From Blasia pusilla (Eukaryota), in NCBI GenBank assembly GCA_050084515.1, contig CM114271.1, forward strand, positions 28,644,001 through 28,708,000: a stretch of DNA of 64,000 nt, written 5' to 3'. A program made the position numbers and the translations under genes. Positions 12,393-23,960 of the stretch are shown one piece after another; the stretch's first letter is position 1, and every line of letters begins with the position of its first letter. Under the pieces are notes generated by a model, which was not told where the DNA came from, did not search any database, and was given only the letters and a program-made list of their open reading frames with translations.

Positions 12393-14538
12393 AAGAACCC
12401 ATGTAATTTCCTGACAGTTTGAGTTTGGATGTGCAGGATTGTATCGGAGGGGAAGGTCACCCACCACTGGATCCAGGACTGCGATCGGGTGAGGAAGGTG
12501 CTTACGACGTACGCGAGAGAGTACAGGGGGTTCTTGGGCGATGCCCTTGTCAATCAGATGCTTGCAAAGGGTGTTCAGATTAAGAAGAAAACTTGGGCAA
12601 ACAAGTTTATTTCTCAAGATGCAGCCGTAACCATCCTTTGCTGGTCGAAGATATAGGCCGTGAAGAAAAGCGTTGCACTGGAGCTGGAGCGGAGGGAGAA
12701 GGTATCTGCGTCTGAGCGCGCCAAATTCATCCAAGCTGCAGCACATGCTGCAACGAAATACACGGCGAGCAAGATGCAGCGATACATCAGCATTCTAAAC
12801 CCCGAACTTGGTCCGGAGTTCTACAAGGAGCTCAAGGCGATTATCAAGCGCCCGTGAAGAGGGATGAAGATCCGCATGGTCGGATTGGGAGAAAGTGTCA
12901 TTTGGATCGCGTGCATCGGTTTGCGTTGTCCGGGATAAGCGAGTTCAGGAGGATACGATCGATGAAAATCGATCTCGAGGGCTCAGAGGCCTAGAAGAGG
13001 GCGGCACACCATCCTCCGGTGTGTCCGATCCAGTGATCTCGCATTGGCTACGCCGAATGGTCGTTCCGGGACGCGCGTTGCGGGTAATCGGAAGTCCATC
13101 TTTGGACGATGCGCAAGCGAGCTCGAAGATTAGAGCCCATTCGCCGAAGCAAACCTTGAAAGTTCGGAGATCTCGAGGTTTGGTTCTACGACATCCGGAC
13201 AAGCCAACGAAAAACCAGGATTCAAGACCATGTTCAAGGTTTGCGTCCTCCCTCGGTGAGCTTGACGAAGAAGTAGAGGGGAACAAACGGGATCAAGCGA
13301 AGAAGAAGCGAGATCTACAGGAGCAGACGGCCGATTTTGTTTGACTAAAAGCTGCCCAACGGATGGTCTTCAGGTTCCTCATCCAGTGTAAGAACGCAGG
13401 TACGTGGGGAAAATTACCGGTAGCCTTGAAATTTTGGGCTTCGCCGCCGGATGCAAAGACATTCTCCATGTACGACGTGGAGATGGGGCAGCACATGTCC
13501 GATTGGGAGGTGGAGAATTGCCCCATTTGGCTCGACTTCAACGACCCTGAAGACATCACGGATAAGGACTTACGAGTGCTTCGTGATGCAGTGGCCTCAG
13601 GACAAGACGACATCCCCAATTTTGTCCTGCCTGAAGACTTCTTCGGAGGAGATGCAGTAGAGCAGGCCCACGAGACAGCTAAGTTGGCTTCCAAGGTCCG
13701 CACAGCCAAAGAAAAATCCACAGCGGGTCTCAAAGGCAAGGCGAGGGGAGGGAAAAATTCAGAGGCTGAGTCTTCCCAAAGAGAGGCTGAAGATTCAGGG
13801 CTAGAGGCGGAATCGTCCGGACGAGCGGGGAGAGAGGGTCGGACCAGGTCCTCGGCAAAAAAAACGCCACCAGAATTTGAGGTCATAGAAACCCCGACAA
13901 GCCGTCCCCAGGCTAGGGAGAAGTGGAAGCGAGAGGTGCCCGGGTTGTCCCAAGGAGTATACAGCCCATCATCCTTGGGAAGACACAGACAAACAACGAC
14001 CCGGACAAGCGTTCTCCTTCAGTTCACTCCTTTACTGGATGAGTGAAGGGCTTCAGTTCTCAAGCGTCGACACCAGCCATCAAAAAATTGACAACGCTGG
14101 AACGAAAGCTCCAACGAAACGGGCACGCTGCCTAGACGGTGAATGGAGTGGTCGAAGAGGTTGCGGTGGATCTCTTGATCACCGATCTGCCCTCGGGGTT
14201 GCGACTTTGGGGCGAGAATCCGTCGGACGAGGTACCTGAGTGGAATGTGCCACTCTCTTATGACCAGATTGCACTTTTGTTCTCCTTTGCAGACGCCTAT
14301 CTGAGTGACACGGGCTGGTTCTTGGTGTTGTCTGGAGGGAGCGAGGACGAGCTCTTCAACCTCCAGTGCGTCAAGAGGTCGCTAAAGTGGAGGACGACAC
14401 AATCGTGGATCATAACAAATGAGTACCCACTCCGATCCGCGACGAGTCAGATTCGGGTAAGGCTCAATTCCTGTTCTATAATTTCAATTATATTTTAATG
14501 ATGTGTATAATGAGAGTCAATCTGGGTTTTTTTCAGGA

Positions 14539-14837
14539 GCAACCCGTCGGAAGGCGGACGGGTTTCTTTAGAGAAGCCCATGCTCGGGTGAGAGCAACCC
14601 GTCGGTTTCGGCGGGTTGCATCTTTCCACATACAGGAAAACGCGGTGTACCTGCAACCCGTCGGAACCCGACGGGTTGCTGTTGCTTTTGGTTTTTCCCA
14701 GTTGATTTTGGTTTTTGGATGCAACCCGTTTGATAGCGACGGGTTGCTCTCACGCGAGCATGGGCTGCTCTAGGCCAGCAACCCGTCGCCTTCCGACGGG
14801 TTGCTCACGGAAAAAAACAACGGAGCCCGACGGGTTG
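14539..14837. repeat. Intronic array of 5-6 palindrome copies splitting the MTase-like domain
   Basis: Copies near 14539, 14594, 14653, 14721 and 14778, downstream of the GT donor at 14457. Confidence 0.9.
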
Positions 14838-16319
14838 ATCCAAAGTCTGTTATTGAAAATTTTCTCAAGGCGACTTCTTTAGTTTCTGACATTGTTTCCA
14901 ACGTCTTTGATTTGAGATGGACCGTCCCACGCTCATCGCTTCGGTTCGCCGAGCATAATTTCCAGGTGTTCAAGATCCAGGATCCTGTGGATCCATGCTC
15001 AGATGGGTATAGCTTAGATAGTTTGTACAATTCCCCCCCAAGAATTTACATGCAAGACAGTACCCCACTTCTGGGAGGAAGGGAAAAGTCGCCAGCCTTG
15101 ATGCAAACGCTCATCGAGCTCTGCTCAAGCCCGAGTGACTTGGTGTTCGACTTAGTGGGACATTCAGGGGCAAGTATCAAAGGCGCATGGCAGAGTGGCA
15201 AGAACATTCTCTGCTTCGAGTGAAGGCAGGAACTGTTTGACCTTTGCAAGGAGGCAAAGGCAGAATACGAAAGGCTTGTTGGGGCGTACAACTCTCCACC
15301 GGCCGAGCTCGGTTCAGAGCCACCCTTGGTAGTGACTCCATCGTCACTTCCAACGATTCCCAAAATCGGGAGGGCAAGGCCGAAAGTGATTTTGCAAGAG
15401 CTCTCCAACGATGATGAGTGAGTTCAAAGAACTCAACGACCCAGCTTGACTACAGCGTTTGGAGTAGGGAGTTTTTTTATAATGAGGCAAAAGATTTCAT
15501 AGAATAGATCAAATGTACAGTTCCAAGCTTTTTTCGGATGATATAAAGCAGAAGATTTTTTCGATCGATGGTGGTGCTTGTAAATGTTTGCTGATCATTT
15601 TTTGTCTTTTCGAATGTGATCGTCTCCACGGACTTCTATTTTGCAACCCGTCAAATTTCTCCTGCTTGCAACTTTCACTTTATGACCACTGCAACCCGTC
15701 GGATTTCTCCTCATTGCAACTTTTCGCTTTTTTACCACCTCCAGGCAACCTGTCTGATTCTGACAGGTTGCCTGATCGGACCCTTTCCCTGTTGGTCCAA
15801 CTTAAGAGGCAGTCTGGCGGGCTTCTTCCCTTGGCACCTTCCCCTCAACTTGTAGAGGCAGGCGTAGGCTTCTTTTCTTCTCTTAGACGTGTTGGATTCC
15901 TTCTACCTGTGCGGTTGCCATAATGGTATTACCGGGGATGGAGCAGATATTGATTGTCACATCTGAGTAGCCGATAGGCCGAGATCTATCGTGGATAGGG
16001 CGTAGGAGCCAACGGACTATCTTGAGTGTAACTTTGTCCCACAGTGTCGGATGAGGTTGAGGATAGGTCCATTGTGTCAGGACCGTCGTTTTTAACGACT
16101 TTGATGTTGAGGTCTTTTTGGTAGGGTGACTTGTTGACAGGTCACTGCCCTTGGTAACTGTCTTGCCTTGAGTTACCAAGGGAAGGGCTATTTTTAGGAG
16201 AAGAGCCTTTTGGCTCTTCCCAACCTATATAAGAGAGGCTTTATATGCCGATGTAGATTGAGGAGTGGAGTTTTAGGCCGGGTGTGCCGTTTTTACTACT
16301 CTTTATTTTTACATGAGAA

Positions 16320-19300
16320 AGATGTCAGGGGGCTAGTGGGAATTCGTTGTTTGCAGGTAGGCAAGCGAGTTGCCTCGGTTGGGGAGCCCCTGGAGACGTG
16401 TGTGTGACATTTTTGTGTCATTTTTCTGTTCGGAAGGCCGTGGGCGGAAGCGCTGTCCGTTTTTCTCAGATTTCGTTGGTGCGGATTGTTGGGGGACAGC
16501 AGCCGAGTGTAGCGTATGGTGGGCGTCAGGTGTACGCAAGTGGAGGCGTCGAGAGAGAAGGAACGGGCAGGTTTGGGTCTTGCAGCCTCCGGGGGGCTGT
16601 CAAGTAAAGGCGGCTAGAGTTAGGTCGAAGTTTAGGGTTCGGGGCGCGGACGGGCAGGGCGCGGACAGCAGGCTGGGCGGACGGCAGGGCGCGTGACATG
16701 TGCCCCCCACCCCACCATTTAGGGCCCAAGGGGCCCGCATAGGGCCGCGGTCCAAGTCTTCCCCCCCCTTTTTCCAACGTGGTAAGAGTGGATGCACTCA
16801 TAGCAAACGTGGTAGGACGGACGAGGTCGGTCCGTAACGCAAAGGCGCATGGCAACGTGAGGGCGAGGAGGATGTCGACGTCTTTGAGTGATCGACAAGT
16901 TGACAGCGGGCGTGACATGATGTTTTAGAGGTGCGCATAGGGCGTTGCGAGAGTTTACGCTGGAGAGGCAGTGTGCATGATGCCGACGGGTTGTCCGCAT
17001 CTGTTGACGGGAGGATCGACGTGTTGGTCGAGGGGAGTGTTATGTGGCGGAGATTGTCATATCATGTGGAGGAGTGCATATTGATGGTGCAAAGAGTTGA
17101 GGGCGTGATCAGGTTACCCATTCGAGTCCCTTTTCCCGCACTTTTTGTGTATCATTGAGAGTGTTGGGTATCGGGTAGTAGCTGGTGCTAGATGGGTGCA
17201 GTGATGGTGACGAGTGTAGATTCTTTTCATGTGTAGCATGTTGGTGGATATACGGCGGTTGCCGAGTAGGGGTCGCGTGTATGACCCGAGAGTGTGTCGC
17301 TAGGTTAGGTGAGTCAGTTGGGAGGCTCATGGTGAGCCCGAGTGTTGAGCGTGCGTGAGGCCGGGTATGTCATCACGGGATTGACGTTAGCATAGGTGAG
17401 CTAGTGAGGCGTGTGGGAGACTCTCGGTGAGTCTGAGTGCTTGAGCGGCCGAGAGCAGGGTTTGTCATCACGGCGTTCTTCCAGGGTTCGGAAGAACGGG
17501 GTAGTGCGAGCAGTGGTAGTGGTGTGACACGGAGTGGAGTGAGATACCGAGGGGTTACCAGTGAGGAGCCCCGCGACATCCATCCGTGATTGGATCGTCA
17601 TCACTGGACACTGGGTCTGGTGACGAGATCACCGATAGAGACAATAGTACTTGGCATGAGATGGACGACATGGGCCATCGGGGCATGCGTCGTTTCTCGG
17701 GTGCAGTGGGCACCATCGACTTAGATGATTTCATCCAGGAGTTCGACACATGGTGCGACTTCCAGGAGATACGGACCCCGACACGGTTCAACCCTTTCAT
17801 GGCATGGAAGGGGTTGTTCCAACACTTGGAGGGTCGTCCAATGGATGACTACATGGAGTTCCGATCACTATATTCAGTAGAGATCGATGCCTGGAGGATG
17901 TATTGGGCTCCAGGGTATGTGTCCACTAGTGGTCGCGAGGCATATGATGGGATTGTGAGAGAGAGAGACCCACACCATCGGCCCGGAGACTAGATGGAGA
18001 GGAGGGCAAAGTGACACAAGGCGATGTGGGAGAGACGGTGGTAGAGGGCCCACCGGCTTCAGCCCCACGGTGGAGTTCTTCCGGCGGTTGGGGAAGAGCT
18101 ACTGTAGGCGTACCCATTGACAAGTCAAGAGTCTATACGATTTTCAGCGACGATCGGGTGAGAGTGCGAGAGAGGCATTCACACGCATGAGGAGGCTGAT
18201 CATTGCTACGTTTGGAGGACCGAGGTGCGGTCCCGATTGGTCTGAGGTTATGGACCGAGAACTACGGAGGAGAGTCCGAGATGCGGTCTTTGATTCACAA
18301 CGAAGCCCACATTGAAGGTGGTCTTTGAGTTGTGAGCGTATTGAGCTCAACATGAGTGAGGAGTAGGTAGTGACCGCTGGATTTTCTCGAGAGTCGACGG
18401 GTCCACGAGCGGCGGTGACCCCACCGGTGCAGAGCGAGCACCGAGTACCACGGAGCGGGCGGGCAGTGTGCCTAGAGAGCGGGGCGGGTACCGTGAGCCT
18501 ATGAGGCAACGACCCGCACCTACATATGTTGCCCAGCCAGGACCGATGTGGTCTTGTTGGGCGTGTGGGGGGCCCATAGGCGAGAGGCGCCCACAACATG
18601 GGAGAGGACCACGGCGCCTCGATTGCGCAGACCCAGAGGATGGCTCCACGAGCACCGGTGTGACCATTGCCACAAATATGGTCACACTAGGGATACATGT
18701 TTTGACCTTTCGCGAGGGGCACGCGTCGAGAGGTAGGCCGAGGGCCTGGGGCGGTCGCCCTAGAGGAGGTCGGGAGTTCTTCTTGGGCGTGGTGGTAGAG
18801 GACCACCACCAGCCGGAGAGGAGATGGAGCAGAGCACAGAGCGGCGCTTCTCTCACGCATCGATCGGTTGGAGCGGAGAGGATTGCCGCCATGACGATGA
18901 TGCGGCTTAGGAAAAGGCACGGAGCTGCGGCGGCTAGTGTGACTCGTCTCTACCTCTTACCCCGACCGGGTGAGGATCTCTTCAATATGGGATTCATGTG
19001 TAGTGCGGCCCAGGTTGAGGCACTGCGATGGTGACTTCGGGGGTGCTGCGAGAGGCACCGAGCCATCGAGAGGTGGAGTTGAGATTGACCCACCGAGGGG
19101 ACCGATGGGCGGCGAGCCAGGGTTCCACGATCGTTCACATTGTCGGAGGCACTACACACACCATCGATGGTGCCTCGTTGACCAGCGCGCCTCTGATTCG
19201 AGGCACCTACGTCGGCGTCACGAGGAGTTGGAGTGACAACTCCTATGCGGCTCGAGTGGAGTCGATTGTCGACTATAGTGTTGGAGGTGGCCACTAGAGT

Positions 19301-22300
19301 GAGTCGACTCGCTATTTTCCGCCTTAGAGTTGGCGGCGTTGGGAGTTGGACCAAAAGCGAGGTGTTCCGGTTGGCCGCCACGTTGTGTGAGCGTGGAGAG
19401 ATGAGCGCTTCTTGCTCGAGGTAGTTGAGGAGGTGGTGGACTTTCCTCGAGCCGGTGCTGGGGCGTTCCCCACGAGTCATGGCATCTTGGCGGCGGGCGC
19501 GGTTGGTAGATATGCCACTCGACCGCCATAGAGCGAGCGATGGTGACACTTGGAGTAGTGTTCTTGGATAACCGAGGAGTATTTCGCTTTGTTAGTCCGA
19601 CGGGACAGTATACCACCGCGCAGCGCGCCCTACTTGATTCGGGAGCGCAACCCTTGATGTTAGGAAGCGGCGTGTTTAGCGTTGGGGTTACGGAAGGCCG
19701 ACATTGAGCCTTGTCCCTTCCAGATCTGAGACCTCGATTGGGCGTATCACCCACTCGATATATGACTCGACAGAGATTGTTGTGAGAGTCCAGCCGAGCA
19801 TGCGGCGGATAGTGCTATGGTGCGACGCGTGCGATTACGACACCGGTGGTAAATGCGATGTGTTGGTGGGGAGTGCGATGTTATATCCCCTAGATTCATC
19901 TTGACTTCTCGGGAGGAGACCGTTGCTTATCGGCCAGGATGGCGGTCGGTGACGGTCGGATGAGTCGATTACCCGTGTAGTTTGCGGGACGAGATGGTCG
20001 ATCACGAGGCGAGATGCGGTGACCACGTTGGTGGCTTTCACGAGTAGTAGTGTTGGCGGCCAGAGAGTTGTTGGAGGGGAACGCACATGCGGAGGATGTC
20101 CCGAAGAGCGGATAGTCCCACGGAGAGACAGGCCATGGCGGGTGTCTCTTCCCATGTTAGCGATGCCTCTTCACCATTATGGGGTACGACGCGAGAGCTA
20201 CAGAGGAGTGCCAACGACCTCGTGAGGCAGGCGTGGAGTCATGTTTTAATCCCAGAGCAGCGAGAGTCACGTGGCAATCGGGCTCTTGGAGTGGAGACGA
20301 TGACCCCACTAGATACCACACGTGTTGTGGGGGAGTGCCCAGAGGAGGGTGTTAGGGTGTTAGATCTCTTTGGAGGGATTAGCATCGGATTGGCTGCAGC
20401 ATTGCAAGCGGGCATACGGGTGCATCAGTACCTTTATGTGGAGAGAGATGAGACCGCGCGGCGAGTATCATTACGTCACCTGGCGAGATTGGTCCAGAGG
20501 TATTCTGAGTTGTTGTCGGTATCTGCAGTACGGGGATACCAGCATACGCTACCCGTCGACATATCTTTGGTGGGGGCGCACGATCTGGATAGAGTTGGCA
20601 CCATTCATTTGGTGATTGCTGGATGGCCATATCAGGGTCATTCATCAGCTGGCCGAGGATTTGGATTGCAGGATCCGAGGTCAGGGATGTTTTGGAAGAT
20701 GCTGCGAGTAGTACGACACTTGCAGCAGAGTCAGATATGTTCTCCAGCATATATTTTGGAGAACGTGCCGTTGTTGGGAGATACTCGTGCACGTGTGATG
20801 ACGAGTGTACATCAAGTGAGGTTCTGGTTGGGACCGGCTGTGTTGTTAGATGCAGCGAGAGTTGGGTCACGTGCCCATCATCCACGACTGTGGTGGACGA
20901 ACCTAATACCATCAGAGGTACTGAGTCGAGCCTAGAGTGGAGTCCAGAGAGCACCACATCTCACGGTGGATGCTATTTTGGACTCAGGGCGTTAATCTCA
21001 GGTGGTGACACACGATGATAGACCACCGTTGGCCACGGCCAATGGGGTGGGGGAGTTGAGGGCAGCCTTACCTACGTTGGTGAGCTTCCCAGCATCCCAT
21101 GCCTTTCGTCAGGGAGGGCCAGGCATGATTTGGGATGAGGTGACCAGAGTATTGGAGGAGCCTACAACAATGAGCGCGAGCGTGCCATGGGGTTCACAAC
21201 CAGTACTACGGCGGTGCCAGGGATGACTGAGGCATCACGGAGACAGGTGTTGGGGCAGGCGATGGACCTCAACTGTCTCACATGGATAGTCAGCCTAGGT
21301 ATGGGTGGCGAGAGGCGGACGGATGCGAGTGTCATCCATGCCGTCACGCCCACGAAGTTGGACCACCGCCCTACGTGGTGCAATACGAGGCATTGGTGGG
21401 GGCGAGACGAGGAGAGATAGGCACCCATGGACTTCCTGGGACGTCGTTCGAGCAGAGAGTGCGAAGGCGGCTAGAGTAGCACATGTTCATTTTTCGGATG
21501 TGGAGCATGGTGTAGGAGGTCAGAGTGGAGTGGCTGTTGCGGAGGTGGCTAGGGTTGCTACATAGCAACCAAAGCCGGAGATTGCGTCCTCTTCGGTGAG
21601 GTCACGATGGAGACTTGGGAGCCTGTGATACGTCTCAAGTTGATAGGAGGAGAGCGACGGCGAGTTCATAGGTTTCTGATAGGTAGAGGCTATTGCGCAG
21701 ATTCCACGCCCTATAGATGTGAGTCGAGTCCGAGCATTTCTTGGACTGGCGAACTTCTATCGACGGTATGTCAAGGGTTTTAGTGCGATCGCAAAGTCTT
21801 TGACCTTGTTGACAAGACTTGATCAGGTGTGGTTGTGGGGAGATGATCAGGAGCGAGCATTTCAGGAGCTCAAGGACATGTTGACGTCCTCACCCATTTT
21901 ACAGAGACCGATTAGGGGTCGTCCATTCCAGTTACATACGGATTGGAGCATGTTGGGTCTAGGAGCAGTGCTTACTGAGAGGGATGACGAGGAGAGGGAG
22001 TTCGTTGTGGCTTACGCGAGTCGATCGAACAACATTGCAGAGGCTAAGTACAGGTCCTACGCAGGAGAGTGCTTGGCTGCAGTGTGGGCCGTGGCACATT
22101 TTAGGTGCTATTTATTTGGCAACCCTTTCACACTTATCACTGATCATCAGCCGTTGAAGTGGTTGATGGAGTCCGACAAGCTTACGGGAAAGATTTCCAG
22201 GTAGGCTCTATTACTACAGGAGTATGAGTTTGAGGTGGTTCATAGGCCAGGTCGGCTGAACCAGGATGCGGATGGGTTGAGTCGTAACCCATGTCCGAGT

Positions 22301-23960
22301 TAGAGAGACGTCACGGGAGCTCGATGGCACGGAGAGAGTGATGAGGAGATGGTGCCCGGTTGGCATGCATCTGCCTATCTTTGTTGGTTGACTATGGCAG
22401 GTCAGCCACAGGTGATGACTCCAGTGGTGGGATTGGATGATGAGTCCTTGGATGCGGAGGTTAGTGAGGAGGCGACAAGTGGTCGTGATATCCATGACGA
22501 CGTGGAGGTTGTGGACTTCTTGCGCACAGGCGTCATTGCGAGTACAGTGAGTGCTAGGGAGCGGGATCGGATCCTACAGAGAACCAAGAGGTTCAGGTGG
22601 GAGGGGACTCACATTTTGCGGGTATGGGGAGATGGTAGGATACGAGTGGTACCTCATCCTTCCCAGCGAGCACGTGTAGTGCGACATGCCCATGAGGAGT
22701 TGGAACATTTTGGAGTAAAGCGTACTTACAGCTTACTCCAGGTTCAGTATTGGTGGTGCGGCATGCATACTGGGGTACAACAGTTTGTGGCCTAAAGTAT
22801 GGTATGTGACAGAGTGCGAGCATCCTTCAATGCTCCCACTCCGCAGTTACATCCTTTGCCAATTATGGGTTTAGGTTATCAGTGGAGTTTAGACTTTGCG
22901 GGACCTTTGCCATTGACAGGGCGTCATCATAGGTACGTGTTAGTCATGGTGGAGCATTTCTCCAAGTGGATAGAGTTGGTGGCACTACCAGACAAGGCGA
23001 GCGAGGGAACAGCTTATGCGTTTCTAGATTGTGTGCTTAGTCACTTTGGTGCACCGGCGGAGGTGTTGCCCGACGGTACCGAGTTTGGGGGAGAGCTTCA
23101 GGCCTTGTGTGATCAGGCGCTGATAGATCACCGCACCACGTCCAGGAATCATCCTGAGGCGGATGGATTGGCAGAGAGAGTGGTACAGACGGTGAAGAGA
23201 GGATTGCGCAAGTATGGCTTGCAACGGGGACAGTTGAGGGAGTGGGACCTACAGTTGGCATGGTTGGCTATGGGTTATTGCTTTAGTCGGCAAGCATCCT
23301 TGGCGTCATTTTCACCGTACTTTTTGCTCTTCGGGAGAGAGCTAGATTTACCTGCAGCGATTCGACGTGACATGGCGGAGGTGTTAGATCTTGATGATCT
23401 AGATGTGTGGGTGCAAGCATGTTCTCAGAGGGCGAAGTTTTTCGTAGAGTTATGCCTATGGCCTTTGAGAACTTAGCTATTGCCCAGCATAGAGATACAT
23501 TGAGGTACGCGACCATTAGTGGAGGAGGTTATCGTCCAGGGATTAGGAGGTTTCATCCTGGAGATTACGTGTATTTACAGCAGGCGGCACCCACGACGTT
23601 AGATGTCACTACAGGGGGCACGATCCTACGTGTGCGTGAGGTATTACCGACCGGAGTCCTCATGTTGGAGGGACGAGATGGTATGGTTTGGAAGGATCAT
23701 GTGCGCAATTGTGCGCCATGTCATCTTCCGAACGTAGATGGGACGGTGGATCCGAGCTTGGCTGTGGTACCTGCAGGCTTGAGGTGTATGTTGTGCGGAT
23801 CTGCGAGGGATGCAACCACCATGTTGGTATGTGATCATGTATATGTATGAGTTTATTTTTGTACATGTTTGGATCGACCCGTGTGTGGGGAAGATCGGTG
23901 TTGTGTGGTGTAGATGTGACGAGCAATGTATGTTGTGTAGCGATATGTATGCGCACGACA
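16320..23960 (+). mobile_element. Ty3/gypsy LTR retrotransposon G1: gag - protease - C5 DNA methyltransferase - (RT deleted) - RNase H - integrase - partial PHD - LTR 3' end
   Basis: gag from about 17620 (DLDDFIQEFDTWCD), CCHC knuckle CDHCHKYGHTRDTC at about 18660, protease ALLDSGAQPLMLG at 19627-19665, RNase H LHTDWSMLGLGAVL, integrase WSLDFAGPLP...DGLAER; ends in atgcgcacgaca at 23960 like the other LTRs. The left boundary is approximate. Confidence 0.9.
20345..21300 (+). pseudogene. C5-cytosine DNA methyltransferase domain embedded in gypsy pol (copy G1)
   Basis: Motif I VRVLDLFGGI, II LYVERD, IV IAGWPYQGHS (canonical PCQ), VI YILENV, VIII AHHPRLWWTN, IX-X ERAMGF...RRQVLGQAMD; in-frame stop at 20933. 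Confidence 0.9.

Larger units (their letters stand above)
10466..15421 (+). pseudogene. Multi-exon cargo gene copy A: coiled-coil N-terminus, ParB/Sulfiredoxin-like domain, helical region, low-complexity linker, beta-class N4C/N6A methyltransferase-like domain; has stops and frameshifts
   Basis: Exons about 10466-11094, 11185-11650, 12437-14456 and about 14917/14966-15421, with GT-AG introns. Motifs: GMHFFIRDGNHEFMAW (about 11480-11530), VAVDLLITDLPSG (about 14160-14200) and REKSPALMQTLIELCSSPSDLVFDLVGHSGASIKGAWQSGKNILCFE (about 15080-15220). Confidence 0.7.
7775..16305. mobile_element. Large DNA transposon copy A (putative Mutator-like): transposase-like gene on -, divergent ParB/MTase-like cargo gene on +, palindrome arrays in non-coding parts; both ends truncated
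   Basis: Homologous to 43100-48939, 23961-25220 and 62939-64000. Shares the 27-bp palindrome, and 16270-16303 matches the subterminal sequence of the other copies. Confidence 0.7.

Noticed and set aside
10466-13345. Programmed frameshifting in cargo gene copy A
   Set aside because: Indels are numerous and not shared with copy B; decay or sequencing error is more likely.
16320-17600. 5' LTR and primer-binding site of G1
   Set aside because: No match to the TGTCACG...GACA LTR and no recognisable PBS; left as leader of uncertain origin.
20087-20935. Host DNMT/DRM gene or bacterial contamination
   Set aside because: Intronless, embedded between gypsy protease and RT/RNase H, and repeated in a second element; flanking genes are spliced plant genes.
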